Assembly: GCA_043821285.1 (NCBI GenBank) | Contig: JBDRCZ010000040.1 | Location: 582 to 64,581, forward strand | Origin: Candidatus Omnitrophota bacterium | Lineage (GTDB): Bacteria > Omnitrophota > Gorgyraeia > B26-G9 > JBDRCZ01 | Length of the DNA: 64,000 nucleotides | Direction: 5' to 3' | Part shown: in pieces, positions 20,301 through 29,413 of the stretch | Layout: every line of letters starts with the position of its first letter | Position numbering within the stretch: position 1 is the stretch's first letter | Made by a program: the position numbers and the translations under genes | Notes under the pieces: generated by a model | Databases searched by the model: none | What the model saw: the letters and a program-made list of their open reading frames with translations, nothing else | What the model was told of the DNA's origin: nothing

Positions 20301-21868
20301 ATGATCAGAAGCGGCAACCCTATTTCATATGGCAATCCAAACGCTTTTATCACAGCAAAACTCCATAATCCCACAAAGCCGCCTGATTCAACAACTGCTG
20401 GCGCTAAATCCTGTCCTACCCAGTCTTGTCCTATCCGATCATACCACCTTTGCAGCCAGGGCCACCGTCCGCCGCGGGATTTTTCCGGAATTTGTAATAT
20501 TATTACTATTTCTTTTGTCAAGGGCAAATTTCTAAGTTCTTCTAATAATCTTTTCAGAATGTCACTAGTGCCTTGTGGACTAAGCCTAAAATTTTCACCC
20601 ACTACATCGCCTACCTGCCTTAATGATTTAACACGCCCATCATCAAACCCAAACAGCGCAATAAAATTCGCCCTGTCTCTTTCTGCATCTTTTCCCTCAA
20701 GGTTACTTAAGTAGTTCTCAATATCTTTTCTAAAATCCTCAAGTTTTTTAAGTACATCTATCTCTTCATCTGTCAATGGTCTCTGCCCAATTTTCCTGAG
20801 TAAATCTTCTAATTTTTCAAGCGGATTTTCTAACAAAGCTTTTAAAAGATTTATCGTACCTTGAACTCTTTCCAGAGGCAATTCTCCTAACCCACGTTCT
20901 ACCCGTTGGTTTTCTGCTGCCTCTTTTTGTGCCACAATCGTCTCTTTCTCTGCTGTAACTAAATCCTCAATTATTTCTGCACCATACAATAGCATTGCCT
21001 GTCTCCATATCTTATGGAGATAAGCTCTGGATACTGGCTTTTTTTTACCGTCTGCCATTGACGTTGTAAATTTATCTGTGTTTATTTCCCTCTTTACATT
21101 TTTTGTTACCTTATCAGAAAGCCTTTCTGCTCTTGACAGCTTCTTCCAAGATTCGCGCAATTCTCTTTCAATCATTTCCCGGTTCTTCCATGCATAATCC
21201 GCCGGCCCGGCATATACCCTTTGCAACACCCCGACTTTATTCTTAGGGATTTTACCCAGTTCAGATAAAAGGTGCATTAATTGGCTTAAGCTTTTATACC
21301 CCAGACGCGTTCTGTGCTGGACAAGCCATGGTATAAAATTAGCCGGGTCACTAAAATCTACCTGCTCTCCTTGTTCCTTCAATAGTTCCGCTAAGTTAGC
21401 CGTGGCTTTGGCGCGAACAAACTCAATCCGCCCCTTTTGAAAACCTTCTGTTCTAAGCATTAACTCGGGAAAACTCATAATCAAGGCTCTTCTATAAGAA
21501 TTTCTAAAACAACTTCTCTCCCCAAGTACTTTTCTAAGTGTACCTAAGGAAAGAAACTGTTTTTTCCTTATGCGATAAAACATTTCCCGTAATGCCGCAA
21601 TCTCTTCCTCAGAAAGCTCTCCTTTTCTAAAAGATTCATATTTATCTTTTAGCCCATGAATCCTCTCAAAAAGCACCTCTCTTACTAATAATATATTTCT
21701 GAGAGTATTCGAAAGACCACGGCTGCCAATCTCCAATGGCACGGCAAGCTGGGCATTTAGCCCTTTGAGGTTTCCCCCAGCAGCCCAGGAGATGTCTAAG
21801 CAGAAGAAGGATTGGATCAGCACGATAGATATTAATTTGAATAATATGTGTTGTTTTAGCTTACTCAT
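17342..21868 (-). CDS. Giant-family membrane protein (1508 aa) with the shared leader, a central TM block and two to three class I SAM-methyltransferase motif-I occurrences. C-terminus is LEVERAI.
   Basis: ORF track. The first ~100 nt of coding sequence are nearly identical to ORF 5110..13695. Motifs VLDIGTRKGNFL, ILDVGSGLGGYLLN, IGVEW. TM stretch GLWSFAVIKAFGLP...ILCIANPV. Confidence 0.8.
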   Translation of the reverse strand: MSKLKQHILFKLISIVLIQSFFCLDISWAAGGNLKGLNAQLAVPLEIGSRGLSNTLRNILLVREVLFERIHGLKDKYESFRKGELSEEEIAALREMFYRIRKKQFLSLGTLRKVLGERSCFRNSYRRALIMSFPELMLRTEGFQKGRIEFVRAKATANLAELLKEQGEQVDFSDPANFIPWLVQHRTRLGYKSLSQLMHLLSELGKIPKNKVGVLQRVYAGPADYAWKNREMIERELRESWKKLSRAERLSDKVTKNVKREINTDKFTTSMADGKKKPVSRAYLHKIWRQAMLLYGAEIIEDLVTAEKETIVAQKEAAENQRVERGLGELPLERVQGTINLLKALLENPLEKLEDLLRKIGQRPLTDEEIDVLKKLEDFRKDIENYLSNLEGKDAERDRANFIALFGFDDGRVKSLRQVGDVVGENFRLSPQGTSDILKRLLEELRNLPLTKEIVIILQIPEKSRGGRWPWLQRWYDRIGQDWVGQDLAPAVVESGGFVGLWSFAVIKAFGLPYEIGLPLLIIAGFQFCWQALHLRSALEKQLFVISVLTVVITVPILCIANPVNGGVIQTIQTGAGMIVLFTVPHAVVSSLWKRRKKLILWAKQQRTKRHYYRIVGTQARSEPTEMSTPVKTRWQSLLKTIQTPRIVQETPEQEINRLLRHRDTFENGLNKLSEHLDDLEKRGKEIEELNLIFYFRGTISYDYMVNTLGFSAEEVLYFKEALKRVLEQVVRIGHLHQDRCNEVISQFDAPIAEAMRKRIDAKFRLNTDLHLYRNIARLIFRALVTGWLLIFPVKDIIAVLCAPLIATGYIILIIFIGIPYICCRAYQILYSQWLIKIEINSTDELCSMINEILPQLKNEIKNLNPVQIQLLRVLAYPDEDIARILEWEEGGPIQEEDLQSEIEALKEYLALDSPIRIVLEAIRSRQVPFIAFNARRLPVIAALTRRPLTQEEEKVLKAAAMGEEISFHERGTLDSLKRRWWVDTDTQAVLLWLYLQVNREELLAQTTQDTGGSLTVLLRRIYKRVKPRKDEIIFQEGKDVLDIGTRKGNFLSNLKKANPRIGRLVGIDIEEIGDREEGIEFVRMDEKMLAFADGSFDAVTINNIATELPPCIQFLGEKDEEGTQEREDVENLLSEIYRVLRDQGEIYITIELPPKSVEYKYLNRIVQKTELWRIYEQKGVRAFLTEAGFVDIRIEKIPRYWPDSREGTVRAKTLVRARKQILDEESDANEEPDASTGTNDASSASVQQCSASSSILDVIEGIGSQHPEIVSGEISDGIRTKIQTGEPVKIILDVGSGLGGYLLNRAAIASEQGEDVLLIGVEWHPDKFNYFSKVIENERFSNILILNMSLQDLPQEFKFDEIVMLAPDLRNILSKAIGEKIGELLNEGGIVSVVTNLADRVTLEALTSRYHEPAMKILEGFGAKGLNEETVEVVDLNNPPDYLPPMEGTYFTEANIGLVTLIVYKKPSPQKRAQALEEKGILAAQVTTANTLSALLIERVLEVERAI

Positions 21869-22424
21869 ATGTTAATGCCTCATTACTTAATTTCAAATGC
21901 CAAATCTCCCGCCACCCCGCATCGGCGGGCAGGCAAATGAATCATCCAATAAACAAATATTCTAATCTCAATTTCTAATTAACCTAATACTTCTCGTATC
22001 GTGTATTGAGGATTGAGTATTGAGTTTTTTATTGTAGTTTTTTTATGCTCAATACTCAATACGCAATACACATTACTAATTAAATCCTCGATGCACAATA
22101 CGTAGTTTTAACGTTTTTCTCTGTGAACTCTGTGCGCTCAGTGGTAAAATTTTTATTTTTTTGCCATTCTGGTTTCATCATTCGTCATTTTCTTCCATTC
22201 TCTATATTTCTTTTATTCTGTCTTATTTCTTTTCGTTTTTCTTCGTGCCCTTCGTGAGCTTCGTGGTAAATTTTTTAATTTCCCGCCAAGCCGCAAAGGG
22301 CGCCAGGGTTGTTAAAAACTCTGTGCAATAATTGTATTTTTTGTTTTCGAGTAATTCGTATATTTCGTGGTTAAAGACTTTAGTTCTTCACACAATACAT
22401 AATGCTCAATACTCACGACAGCAC
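21869..22424 (-). repeat. Conserved intergenic module (the longest copy) with two CACNGAG-type triple repeats and ATTYGTG repeats followed by GTTAAAGACTTTAGTT.
   Basis: ctctgtgaactctgtgcgctcagtggtaaaat at 22129-22160. cttcgtgcccttcgtgagcttcgtggtaaat at 22241-22270. aattcgtatatttcgtggttaaagactttagtt at 22353-22385. Confidence 0.8.
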
Positions 22425-25400
22425 CTAAATTGCCCTCTCCACCACTTCCAACGCTACTATCTGCCCCGGTCCCAGCGCGTCAACTACCCCAGCACAATGA
22501 AAATAGCATGACAAAAGAATATCACAACACCTACGCAACTCTCCCAGCTCAGTTAAATTATTGATTCTCTCAATCAGCAAATACCCCTCATCCCCTAACG
22601 CTTGCTTCAATCCTTCATCTCCCAACTCTTCACGGATCAGTATAAGTAATGGTCTAATGGAATTTACCAGGGGTTCAAGTTCCTCTCTATCATACATTGC
22701 CCTTTTAAGAATTTGCGCTTGCCCATAAAGTACTAAATACCTTATCCAGCTTTGGAAATTTACCGGTTCTCCCTCTGCCTCAGCAAGATTTTGATAAATT
22801 CCGGCAGCCATCAACTTATCACTATTAAACAGAACTTCTAATACTGCTTCATCGCCCTCTAAAGCCGCAAAAATAAGCTCGTCCACGGTAATGCTCAAGA
22901 GTTCTGATTTGTTTTCCTTAATCTCCCGCAGTTTGTTTTTAACATCTTGTCTATTTAAATCCTCAGCCAGCTCCTCCCTCAGACATGCCTGTATTAATAG
23001 CTTAACTTCTGCTGTTGTCTGGATGTCTTTAACATCTTTGCGGAGTATGTCTCTAACCGTCTTTACCCACAACAGGTAATCTACTTGTTCCTTAAAAATG
23101 CTAAGTCCTTCGTCAATCGCATGCTGGTCAGATAATCTTTTATAGTATTGCATAAGCCGTGACAAATTCTTTAGCCGCCATGCACCCATCTCCTCGGGCG
23201 GTTTTATTAGAAAATTAGTGAGTCCTTCTTTATTAATTATTTCTCCAAGCAGTATGTCCAGAGCAACAACCCGCGGCAAGTCAACTGGGGAGTAATATCT
23301 GTCCATTATCGCAGGCGTAATCCGCTGATTAAATATGAATATAAGAACAGCTCCTCTTAGGTCTTCGATGCAGAGTCCTTCTTTTCCAATGCCTATTCCT
23401 TTTGCAAGTTCTCTTACAGCTTCCTCGGACATTTCACTAATTTCTCTCTTTATTGCATTCCACATATTCTGATGATCCAACTGTGACAACCCGCGATTTA
23501 TGGATAAGATTACAACTTCTCTGAATATCTCCGGAGTAATTCTTCTGAGTTCTTCCATTCTGCTGATAAAACCTGTTGTTAAAAGCAGAGTTCCGGTTGT
23601 AACATCAGCGTGTATAGGCGTTCCATCATCTCTGGACATCAATGTGACATTCACTTCCCTTTCACTTGCTATTTGTCTTATCTCTTCAAATGTTGCCCGA
23701 TCTTCTTCAGAAAATACACGCTCACTAGGTCCTTTTCTTCTTATATCTCTACCCTCTGTCTGGGATCCTAATAATGGCAAGGAGATAAAAATCGGCAAAA
23801 ATTTTTTTATCGTTTCCACGGCATTTCTTATTATTTCTGCTAAATTCACTTGCCTATGTCCTCGTCGACGTGGTCTTGCCCCCGTTCTTGGTGGTGAAGG
23901 TGGACTTGTTGGCGGTTCCCTCGGTTCAGTAGTAGATGTCTCGAAATAAATACCTAGCGGCGCGCTCGGTACTTCTCGAGCAGCAGTTAACTCCTTTTGG
24001 TATAATGCTACGGTGTCATCAAACCCCTCATTACGCAGACAATTTATTACATCTTCCAGAGAGTGTTCCAGTCCTATTCCATTAGTAAAAACCCCTGATA
24101 TCTCCTCATCGTTTTTCGCCTCTGCCCTTAGTTTAATCAACAAGCAAGTTAAATCAATCAAAGTTTGCACTTCTAATCGCGTTTTCTTTTTTGCTCGTTT
24201 CGAAAGCACCTCATTAAGCAAACTAACTAATCCCTCAAAACATCCATCTTCTTCTATTCCATAGATAAGGTGTTGTAACTGCTCCTGATTTTCATTGATT
24301 CCAATTCTAATATCATCACGTTGACGGCCTTCACGTAGGCTGGCGTGATAAATTGTTGCAAGCAGGTACGGCAGCCGTGCTCTGGTTCGTATTTGTTGTT
24401 CAGTAGTTTCATCTCCTGAAGATACAAACTCTCTAATGGATCGTTCGATCGCCTCTTGCACCCCCCGTTCAACCCTTCCTAATAATTCCAAAGTTTTATT
24501 GAAAAGCTCCGCATAAATATCCGGCTCCGCACTTGGTTCTTGCACCAGAGTATCTCTATCTGGCGTTTCAACAGGCACTTCTCTCACAGTACGCGCGTAT
24601 ACATCCGCAATAACCATATCAACTTCTCCAAATCCATCCCCAGCATCCAATATCGCCTGCCAGATTAGCTCTATACTAATCTCTTCATCTCCTAACTCTA
24701 CTGTTATTTGATCCAAGATTGCTAATCTTTCCTCTATACCCTGCGGGTTTATTCCTTGTAACAGCGCCGCTCTAATCGTCTCATTGCTAAGTCCTAGGAT
24801 AAATACTTTGATAAGGATATCAATTATTGTCTCTTGCAATGCATCCCTATCCGTGTCTGTCATATCTTCGCTAAAACCATGTGCCGTGATAATATCTTTT
24901 AAAACATCCCACTCGATAATTATTCCCTGGTGCTCTAACTCTTGGCTAAGTTCATTAACAAAATCTTCCAAAGTAAGTGGTTCTCTCTCTGCTGGAGGCA
25001 ATGTATATTCAACTAAAGGTGGCCTTTCCTCTCTTGTTCCTAAGCCCCTGACTCCTTTATCAACCCCACTTGCTGCTTGCAGTGTAATCTCGCTTAAATG
25101 ACCTGCGGCCAAAACCGCGGTATCAACATCTTCTCTTTCTTCATCTATTCCCGGACTTCTTCCTCCAAGTCCTTCTCTTGTCCCTTCTACTGTGATTATG
25201 GGCATTGGTAAAGGAGTTCTTCTATCCCATATTGGTTGCCAGTCTTTTTTCTTTCTTAAAATCAAAAGCGGGAAATGACCGACTAATCTATTTATTCTAC
25301 GTGCCTCGGTTTGTTCCGAAGAATCTACGAACGCGTATTCTATTTCTGGGCTAATGTATTTATCTGACAAGAGCTGCCAGCTATCGCCCAGATAAATCTC

Positions 25401-27614
25401 AAACCCCATTTGTCCCAATGAACTTAATAATTCCTGCGTGACCACTCTTAGTTTAGACATGCTAATTACCAGAATACCTTTTTCATCAAGAAATTCCGCC
25501 AAATTACTGACTGCCTTCCATCGTAATTCATCCGGGATATAATCCAAAGACGGAAGGGTTATTAAATCGAACAACCCGCCTTGTTCTTTCAATTGTTCTG
25601 CTAATCTATCTAAAGAGCGCGCTAAAGGCTCCTGTCCCTGATCATATACTTTCTCTCCTAATTCCAGGCTTTGCCGGATAAATCCCGGCCGGTAATCTGC
25701 TATTTCAACTGCTAAGTTAAGTCCCCGGCCAATTATTTGTTCTGTATCTTGAACCATTTCCCTGTCCAGTCCCCCGCCGCCATCTACTGCCAGCAGTCTC
25801 TGGTCTTGCTTAATTAACCCATTTTGATATAAATATCGATAAATCAATAACCATTGTGTATAAAAGGATGTTTGTTTTATTTCCGCAAGAAAATCCGGCT
25901 GGCTAATCAGCCTTTGCCATAGATTTAAGGCAGCATACCAAAAATTTATATTTTCTTCTCCTTGTTTTAACGAAAAAATATACCGCGTTTCATTATAATG
26001 TGCATTCCTCATCAGTACATTTATATCCCCTTCCTCTTGAACATAGCATCCTTTTGTTTCCAGATATGAGTTTATCCATAGTATTGGTCTTCCACCGCGT
26101 TCACTCTGAAAATATTTTTCTTGTACCGGCTCGCCATTAACATATAAGGTGCTTTCTATACAGCGTATGTTCAACGGACTTTCTTCGCCTTTACTATCAA
26201 CTACCAGCACCTCCGGAAAAACAACCTCGCTTTTTTCCGGGCTAGAGGCCAGTCTGACGTATCTTGAGCCTTGGCTTACTCCGTGGATGAAAACATTCCC
26301 CACGGCAAAACGGGTTGCTTTTAATGTGGTACTCTCTATGGTTTCAGAGACACTAATAACACTGCCTCTTTCGTCCCTAAATATCCCAAGGAACTCCTCA
26401 ACCTCTTTGCTCTCTAAAACTGATAAGCTAATACTGTGCTTAGTAAAGCTCTTGATAATTTGATCATTGAGTAAAAAAGTGGTTTCATTCTCCTTTATTT
26501 CTATGACCTCAATGGACAAAAGAGCTCTATCTTCTTTATGGAGTAAAACCCTCTTGTCTCTGCCCTCACGTATATATCTTATTGGTAACCCCCGGGCAAC
26601 TGAACCTAACCTGAACTCGTATCCTTGCACCACAAAACGTTCTTTTAAATTTTCCGCGCCTTCAAATAATATATCGAATACTAAGTCTCTGTCTTCATCC
26701 TGATAACCAGCAATCCCCGATGGATATTTAATCAAATTTTCTGTGCTAATCTTATTACATGCGTTAATCACCCGTTCAGCGCCGCAATCTTTTATTTGGG
26801 CATAGATAAAAGTATCACTTAGCGTCCATTCTGAGATTTCCATCCATTGTTTAATTCTGAATATTGCTTCTTGTTGCAGTGCGGCTAATTCTGTAATAAA
26901 GGCATCAATGCCTTTAGCAGCAATTTCTGCATAGAGCACTTCTGAACTTAATCCTGGCAATCTTTTTTCCTCAAGCAAGTCTTTGATTTTGTTTAAACTC
27001 AAATTGTCATACCGCGTAATGTCTCCATAAACTGTTTGTATCTCCCGGATAAACCCATGAACCTGCTCTTCACGCACTCCTCTGGCTAATCTATTTTTTA
27101 GCCGAAGATAAACAAACTCCCAAGTCAGGGGAAATCCCACCGCTTTGAAATTATCAAATATACTCCTTAATCTTTCAAACGCGTCACCATAAGGAGCAAG
27201 ACGCTCTTGCGTTTCTATCGCAAATCCCGCCTCTGCTTTTGGATTGGCGGTACTTCTCCTACCGGGGCTTTCCCTTGGCGTTGCTGGTCTACTTTGTTCA
27301 AATCTAATATGTAATTCACCGTTTTCTTTACTAACAACAATCCTGCGTCCATCAGAAAGTACTACGACAATTTCATTTTCTCCAAACTCTACCCCAATTA
27401 TGTCTTCTATTTGGATCCCCTGTCGTTGTAATTCTGGAAAGACCTCAAACAAAATTCCTGTTTGCTGCCCCGCCATTTTAAGCGCTGGCGAAAGGCTCGT
27501 AGACAGACCTGTTATGTTCCCCCCAGCGGACAGGGAAATGTCCAGGCAGAAAAAGGCATTTATTAATATTACAGCTATCAGTTTGAATAATATATGTTGT
27601 TTTAGCTTACTCAT
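22425..27614 (-). CDS. Giant-family protein (1729 aa) with the shared leader, a long acidic/coiled central region and a Pro/Arg-rich linker. C-terminus is LEVVERAI.
   Basis: ORF track. N-terminus MSKLKQHILFKLIAVILINAFFCLDISLSAGGNITG. Linker PREPPTSPPSPPRTGARPRRRGHR. Conserved tail and GAGG ribosome-binding site. Confidence 0.8.
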   Translation of the reverse strand: MSKLKQHILFKLIAVILINAFFCLDISLSAGGNITGLSTSLSPALKMAGQQTGILFEVFPELQRQGIQIEDIIGVEFGENEIVVVLSDGRRIVVSKENGELHIRFEQSRPATPRESPGRRSTANPKAEAGFAIETQERLAPYGDAFERLRSIFDNFKAVGFPLTWEFVYLRLKNRLARGVREEQVHGFIREIQTVYGDITRYDNLSLNKIKDLLEEKRLPGLSSEVLYAEIAAKGIDAFITELAALQQEAIFRIKQWMEISEWTLSDTFIYAQIKDCGAERVINACNKISTENLIKYPSGIAGYQDEDRDLVFDILFEGAENLKERFVVQGYEFRLGSVARGLPIRYIREGRDKRVLLHKEDRALLSIEVIEIKENETTFLLNDQIIKSFTKHSISLSVLESKEVEEFLGIFRDERGSVISVSETIESTTLKATRFAVGNVFIHGVSQGSRYVRLASSPEKSEVVFPEVLVVDSKGEESPLNIRCIESTLYVNGEPVQEKYFQSERGGRPILWINSYLETKGCYVQEEGDINVLMRNAHYNETRYIFSLKQGEENINFWYAALNLWQRLISQPDFLAEIKQTSFYTQWLLIYRYLYQNGLIKQDQRLLAVDGGGGLDREMVQDTEQIIGRGLNLAVEIADYRPGFIRQSLELGEKVYDQGQEPLARSLDRLAEQLKEQGGLFDLITLPSLDYIPDELRWKAVSNLAEFLDEKGILVISMSKLRVVTQELLSSLGQMGFEIYLGDSWQLLSDKYISPEIEYAFVDSSEQTEARRINRLVGHFPLLILRKKKDWQPIWDRRTPLPMPIITVEGTREGLGGRSPGIDEEREDVDTAVLAAGHLSEITLQAASGVDKGVRGLGTREERPPLVEYTLPPAEREPLTLEDFVNELSQELEHQGIIIEWDVLKDIITAHGFSEDMTDTDRDALQETIIDILIKVFILGLSNETIRAALLQGINPQGIEERLAILDQITVELGDEEISIELIWQAILDAGDGFGEVDMVIADVYARTVREVPVETPDRDTLVQEPSAEPDIYAELFNKTLELLGRVERGVQEAIERSIREFVSSGDETTEQQIRTRARLPYLLATIYHASLREGRQRDDIRIGINENQEQLQHLIYGIEEDGCFEGLVSLLNEVLSKRAKKKTRLEVQTLIDLTCLLIKLRAEAKNDEEISGVFTNGIGLEHSLEDVINCLRNEGFDDTVALYQKELTAAREVPSAPLGIYFETSTTEPREPPTSPPSPPRTGARPRRRGHRQVNLAEIIRNAVETIKKFLPIFISLPLLGSQTEGRDIRRKGPSERVFSEEDRATFEEIRQIASEREVNVTLMSRDDGTPIHADVTTGTLLLTTGFISRMEELRRITPEIFREVVILSINRGLSQLDHQNMWNAIKREISEMSEEAVRELAKGIGIGKEGLCIEDLRGAVLIFIFNQRITPAIMDRYYSPVDLPRVVALDILLGEIINKEGLTNFLIKPPEEMGAWRLKNLSRLMQYYKRLSDQHAIDEGLSIFKEQVDYLLWVKTVRDILRKDVKDIQTTAEVKLLIQACLREELAEDLNRQDVKNKLREIKENKSELLSITVDELIFAALEGDEAVLEVLFNSDKLMAAGIYQNLAEAEGEPVNFQSWIRYLVLYGQAQILKRAMYDREELEPLVNSIRPLLILIREELGDEGLKQALGDEGYLLIERINNLTELGELRRCCDILLSCYFHCAGVVDALGPGQIVALEVVERAI

Positions 27615-27965
27615 ATGTTAATGCCTCATTAGTTAATTTCAAATCTCAAAATCCAAATGACAAATGAATCATCCAATAAACAAATATTTTAATCTCAATT
27701 TCTAATTGACCTAATTTCCCCAACCTGAACAAGCCAGAACCAAACATAATCACACCACATTTGGCTCGTCCAGCTTGTCATATAAAAACCTTCGTGTTCA
27801 AACTTTCCCTTTTTATTTTTTCTGTCCTCTGACTTCTGTATTCTGTTCTCTTATGCTCGATACCCAATACTCAATGCGTAGTTTTAAAGTCTTTCTCCGT
27901 GTCCTCTGTGCGCTCTGTGGTAAAATTTTTATTTTTTTCACGCAATCCGCAATACGTATCTCCAA
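27615..27965 (-). repeat. Upstream module of the last array gene, with the same conserved blocks.
   Basis: ctccgtgtcctctgtgcgctctgtggtaaaattttt at 27894-27925 is identical to 13974-14005. Confidence 0.75.
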
Positions 27966-28030
27966 CACCTAATTCCAAATAATCACCACGATTAAGTGAA
28001 TTTAAAATAAATTTAAAAATAGGATATTAA

Positions 28031-28058
28031 AGTATAGCATATTTTAGGAATTTTTCAA
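28031..28058 (-). promoter_or_regulatory. Sigma70-like promoter candidate TTGAAA-N16-TATACT, reading leftward into the giant-gene array.
   Basis: On the minus strand the sequence reads TTGAAAaattcctaaaatatgcTATACT. The ~70-bp block 28005-28078 is about 85% identical, in inverted orientation, to 48438-48510 upstream of the plus-strand giant gene. Confidence 0.35.
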
Positions 28059-28071
28059 GGGATTTTTTAAA

Positions 28072-29153
28072 TAACAGCAATTAAGAACCGAATCTGCAAA
28101 ATCCACAAAAATCACGTCAGGAAAAAACATTTTGATTAAATTCGGGAATGGTTGTAAAATGGGTAAACGGGGCCTACAAAGGAATTAACGCGTTTCTTTT
28201 GCACAATAGGGGATACTGTGTGGGGGCACCTTTTTCATGATGTATCCCAACATAATCTGATTTGAATCTTCCTTCTTTCTGCCGGCGGCTTAAATACCGC
28301 ATATCTAAAATGTTCAAACATCCGATTGGCAATATTCCTAATACTGCCATAACTTTCCTTACAGATTAATGAACCTCGCTCAATTGTTTCAAATTCTCAC
28401 AGAATTCCTCTCTCTGTATTTCATCGTTTATCTTTTTCCGCGCCCCGCGTTTCATAAGCAGTAAGTTTAACCCCAACCATACCTGGGTCTCTTTTCTATA
28501 GCTTATCTGTTCCGGATTTCGCCCATCTGCTATCTCGCTTAGTCATTCATTAAACTTGGGAAAATAATGCTCTACTGTTGTCTTTAATACTCCGACTAAA
28601 TTTTCTCCCCCTCGCTTTGCCCCGCTCTTTACCCTTTGCTCTTTTTGCCTTTCTTCCGGCTCTTTACATATATTTTGATCATTCTCCGGCTTAGTTTTGT
28701 CATCTCTTTCATGTATTCTTTGAGCAGCCAATAATTCTCTACCCACGCTAATACCTCCTCCCGTAACCCTACAGGTACATACGCTGTTCCATTCCCTTCG
28801 CTATCCGTCCAGCTTAAATGCAGCTTCTCATGTCCAGCTCCTTTTACCTTTTGGCATTTACACCCCTTATGCCCGCATCTTACTCTTAAATATGTTGGCG
28901 TTCCCATGATGAAATACCCCACCCGGCCAATCTTTTTTAATAATCCCTTCCTTCGCCGCTCTAACATTGCATAGCTTTCATTAAGCATCTTTACCCCTCC
29001 TTTCCTTCCTTTTTAGGATGTTATATAGATAACATCCTATTATACCACAAAAAAACAAAGTGCGAAATGTTTTTTGCACTTTGTTGCCTTTTCCCTTTCT
29101 TCCCTCTATCTTGCTGCTTCAAAAGCGCGAAGAATTTTCGGTTCTTAATTGCT
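28072..29153. mobile_element. Degraded IS-like or MITE-like element bounded by ~21-bp terminal inverted repeats.
   Basis: taacagcaattaagaaccgaa at 28073-28093 is the exact reverse complement of ttcggttcttaattgctgtta at 29132-29152. The interior has low coding density and overlapping out-of-frame ORFs (28543..28746 and 28629..28988). Confidence 0.4.
28629..28988 (-). CDS. Small zinc-ribbon protein (C-x4-C-x-C, many Lys/Arg). Possibly a remnant of a transposase N-terminus, apparently frameshifted into ORF 28543..28746.
   Basis: ORF track. Motif RVRCGHKGCKCQK. Basic C-terminus. Lies inside the TIR-bounded element. Confidence 0.35.
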   Translation of the reverse strand: MLNESYAMLERRRKGLLKKIGRVGYFIMGTPTYLRVRCGHKGCKCQKVKGAGHEKLHLSWTDSEGNGTAYVPVGLREEVLAWVENYWLLKEYMKEMTKLSRRMIKIYVKSRKKGKKSKG

Positions 29154-29413
29154 GTTAAAATAACGCAGCTGCTTGCAGATTATCGCAAAGGGTAATAAAA
29201 ATACGGATTCTTTCTTATCTGGGTTGGAATAAATGCTGTAATGTATTGATGTGTACAGATAAAAAAACCGCGGTTAAACGATTTATTTATTAAAAATCCG
29301 TGTTTCATCCGTGGTTAAAAAAACTCTGTGCTCCTACAAGTCTGTGTGAGAATCGGTTTTTTTGTAATCTGTACTCAAAAGGCGTGCTATTGGCTAACCT
29401 ATTATAAAGACTA

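Noticed and set aside
6289-27621. Numerous 60-175-aa plus-strand ORFs inside the giant genes, for example 16065..16583 and 20190..20714
   Set aside because: They are antisense shadows of very long, clearly coding minus-strand frames. Their composition is Ser/Leu/Ile-biased, typical of antisense AT-rich coding DNA.
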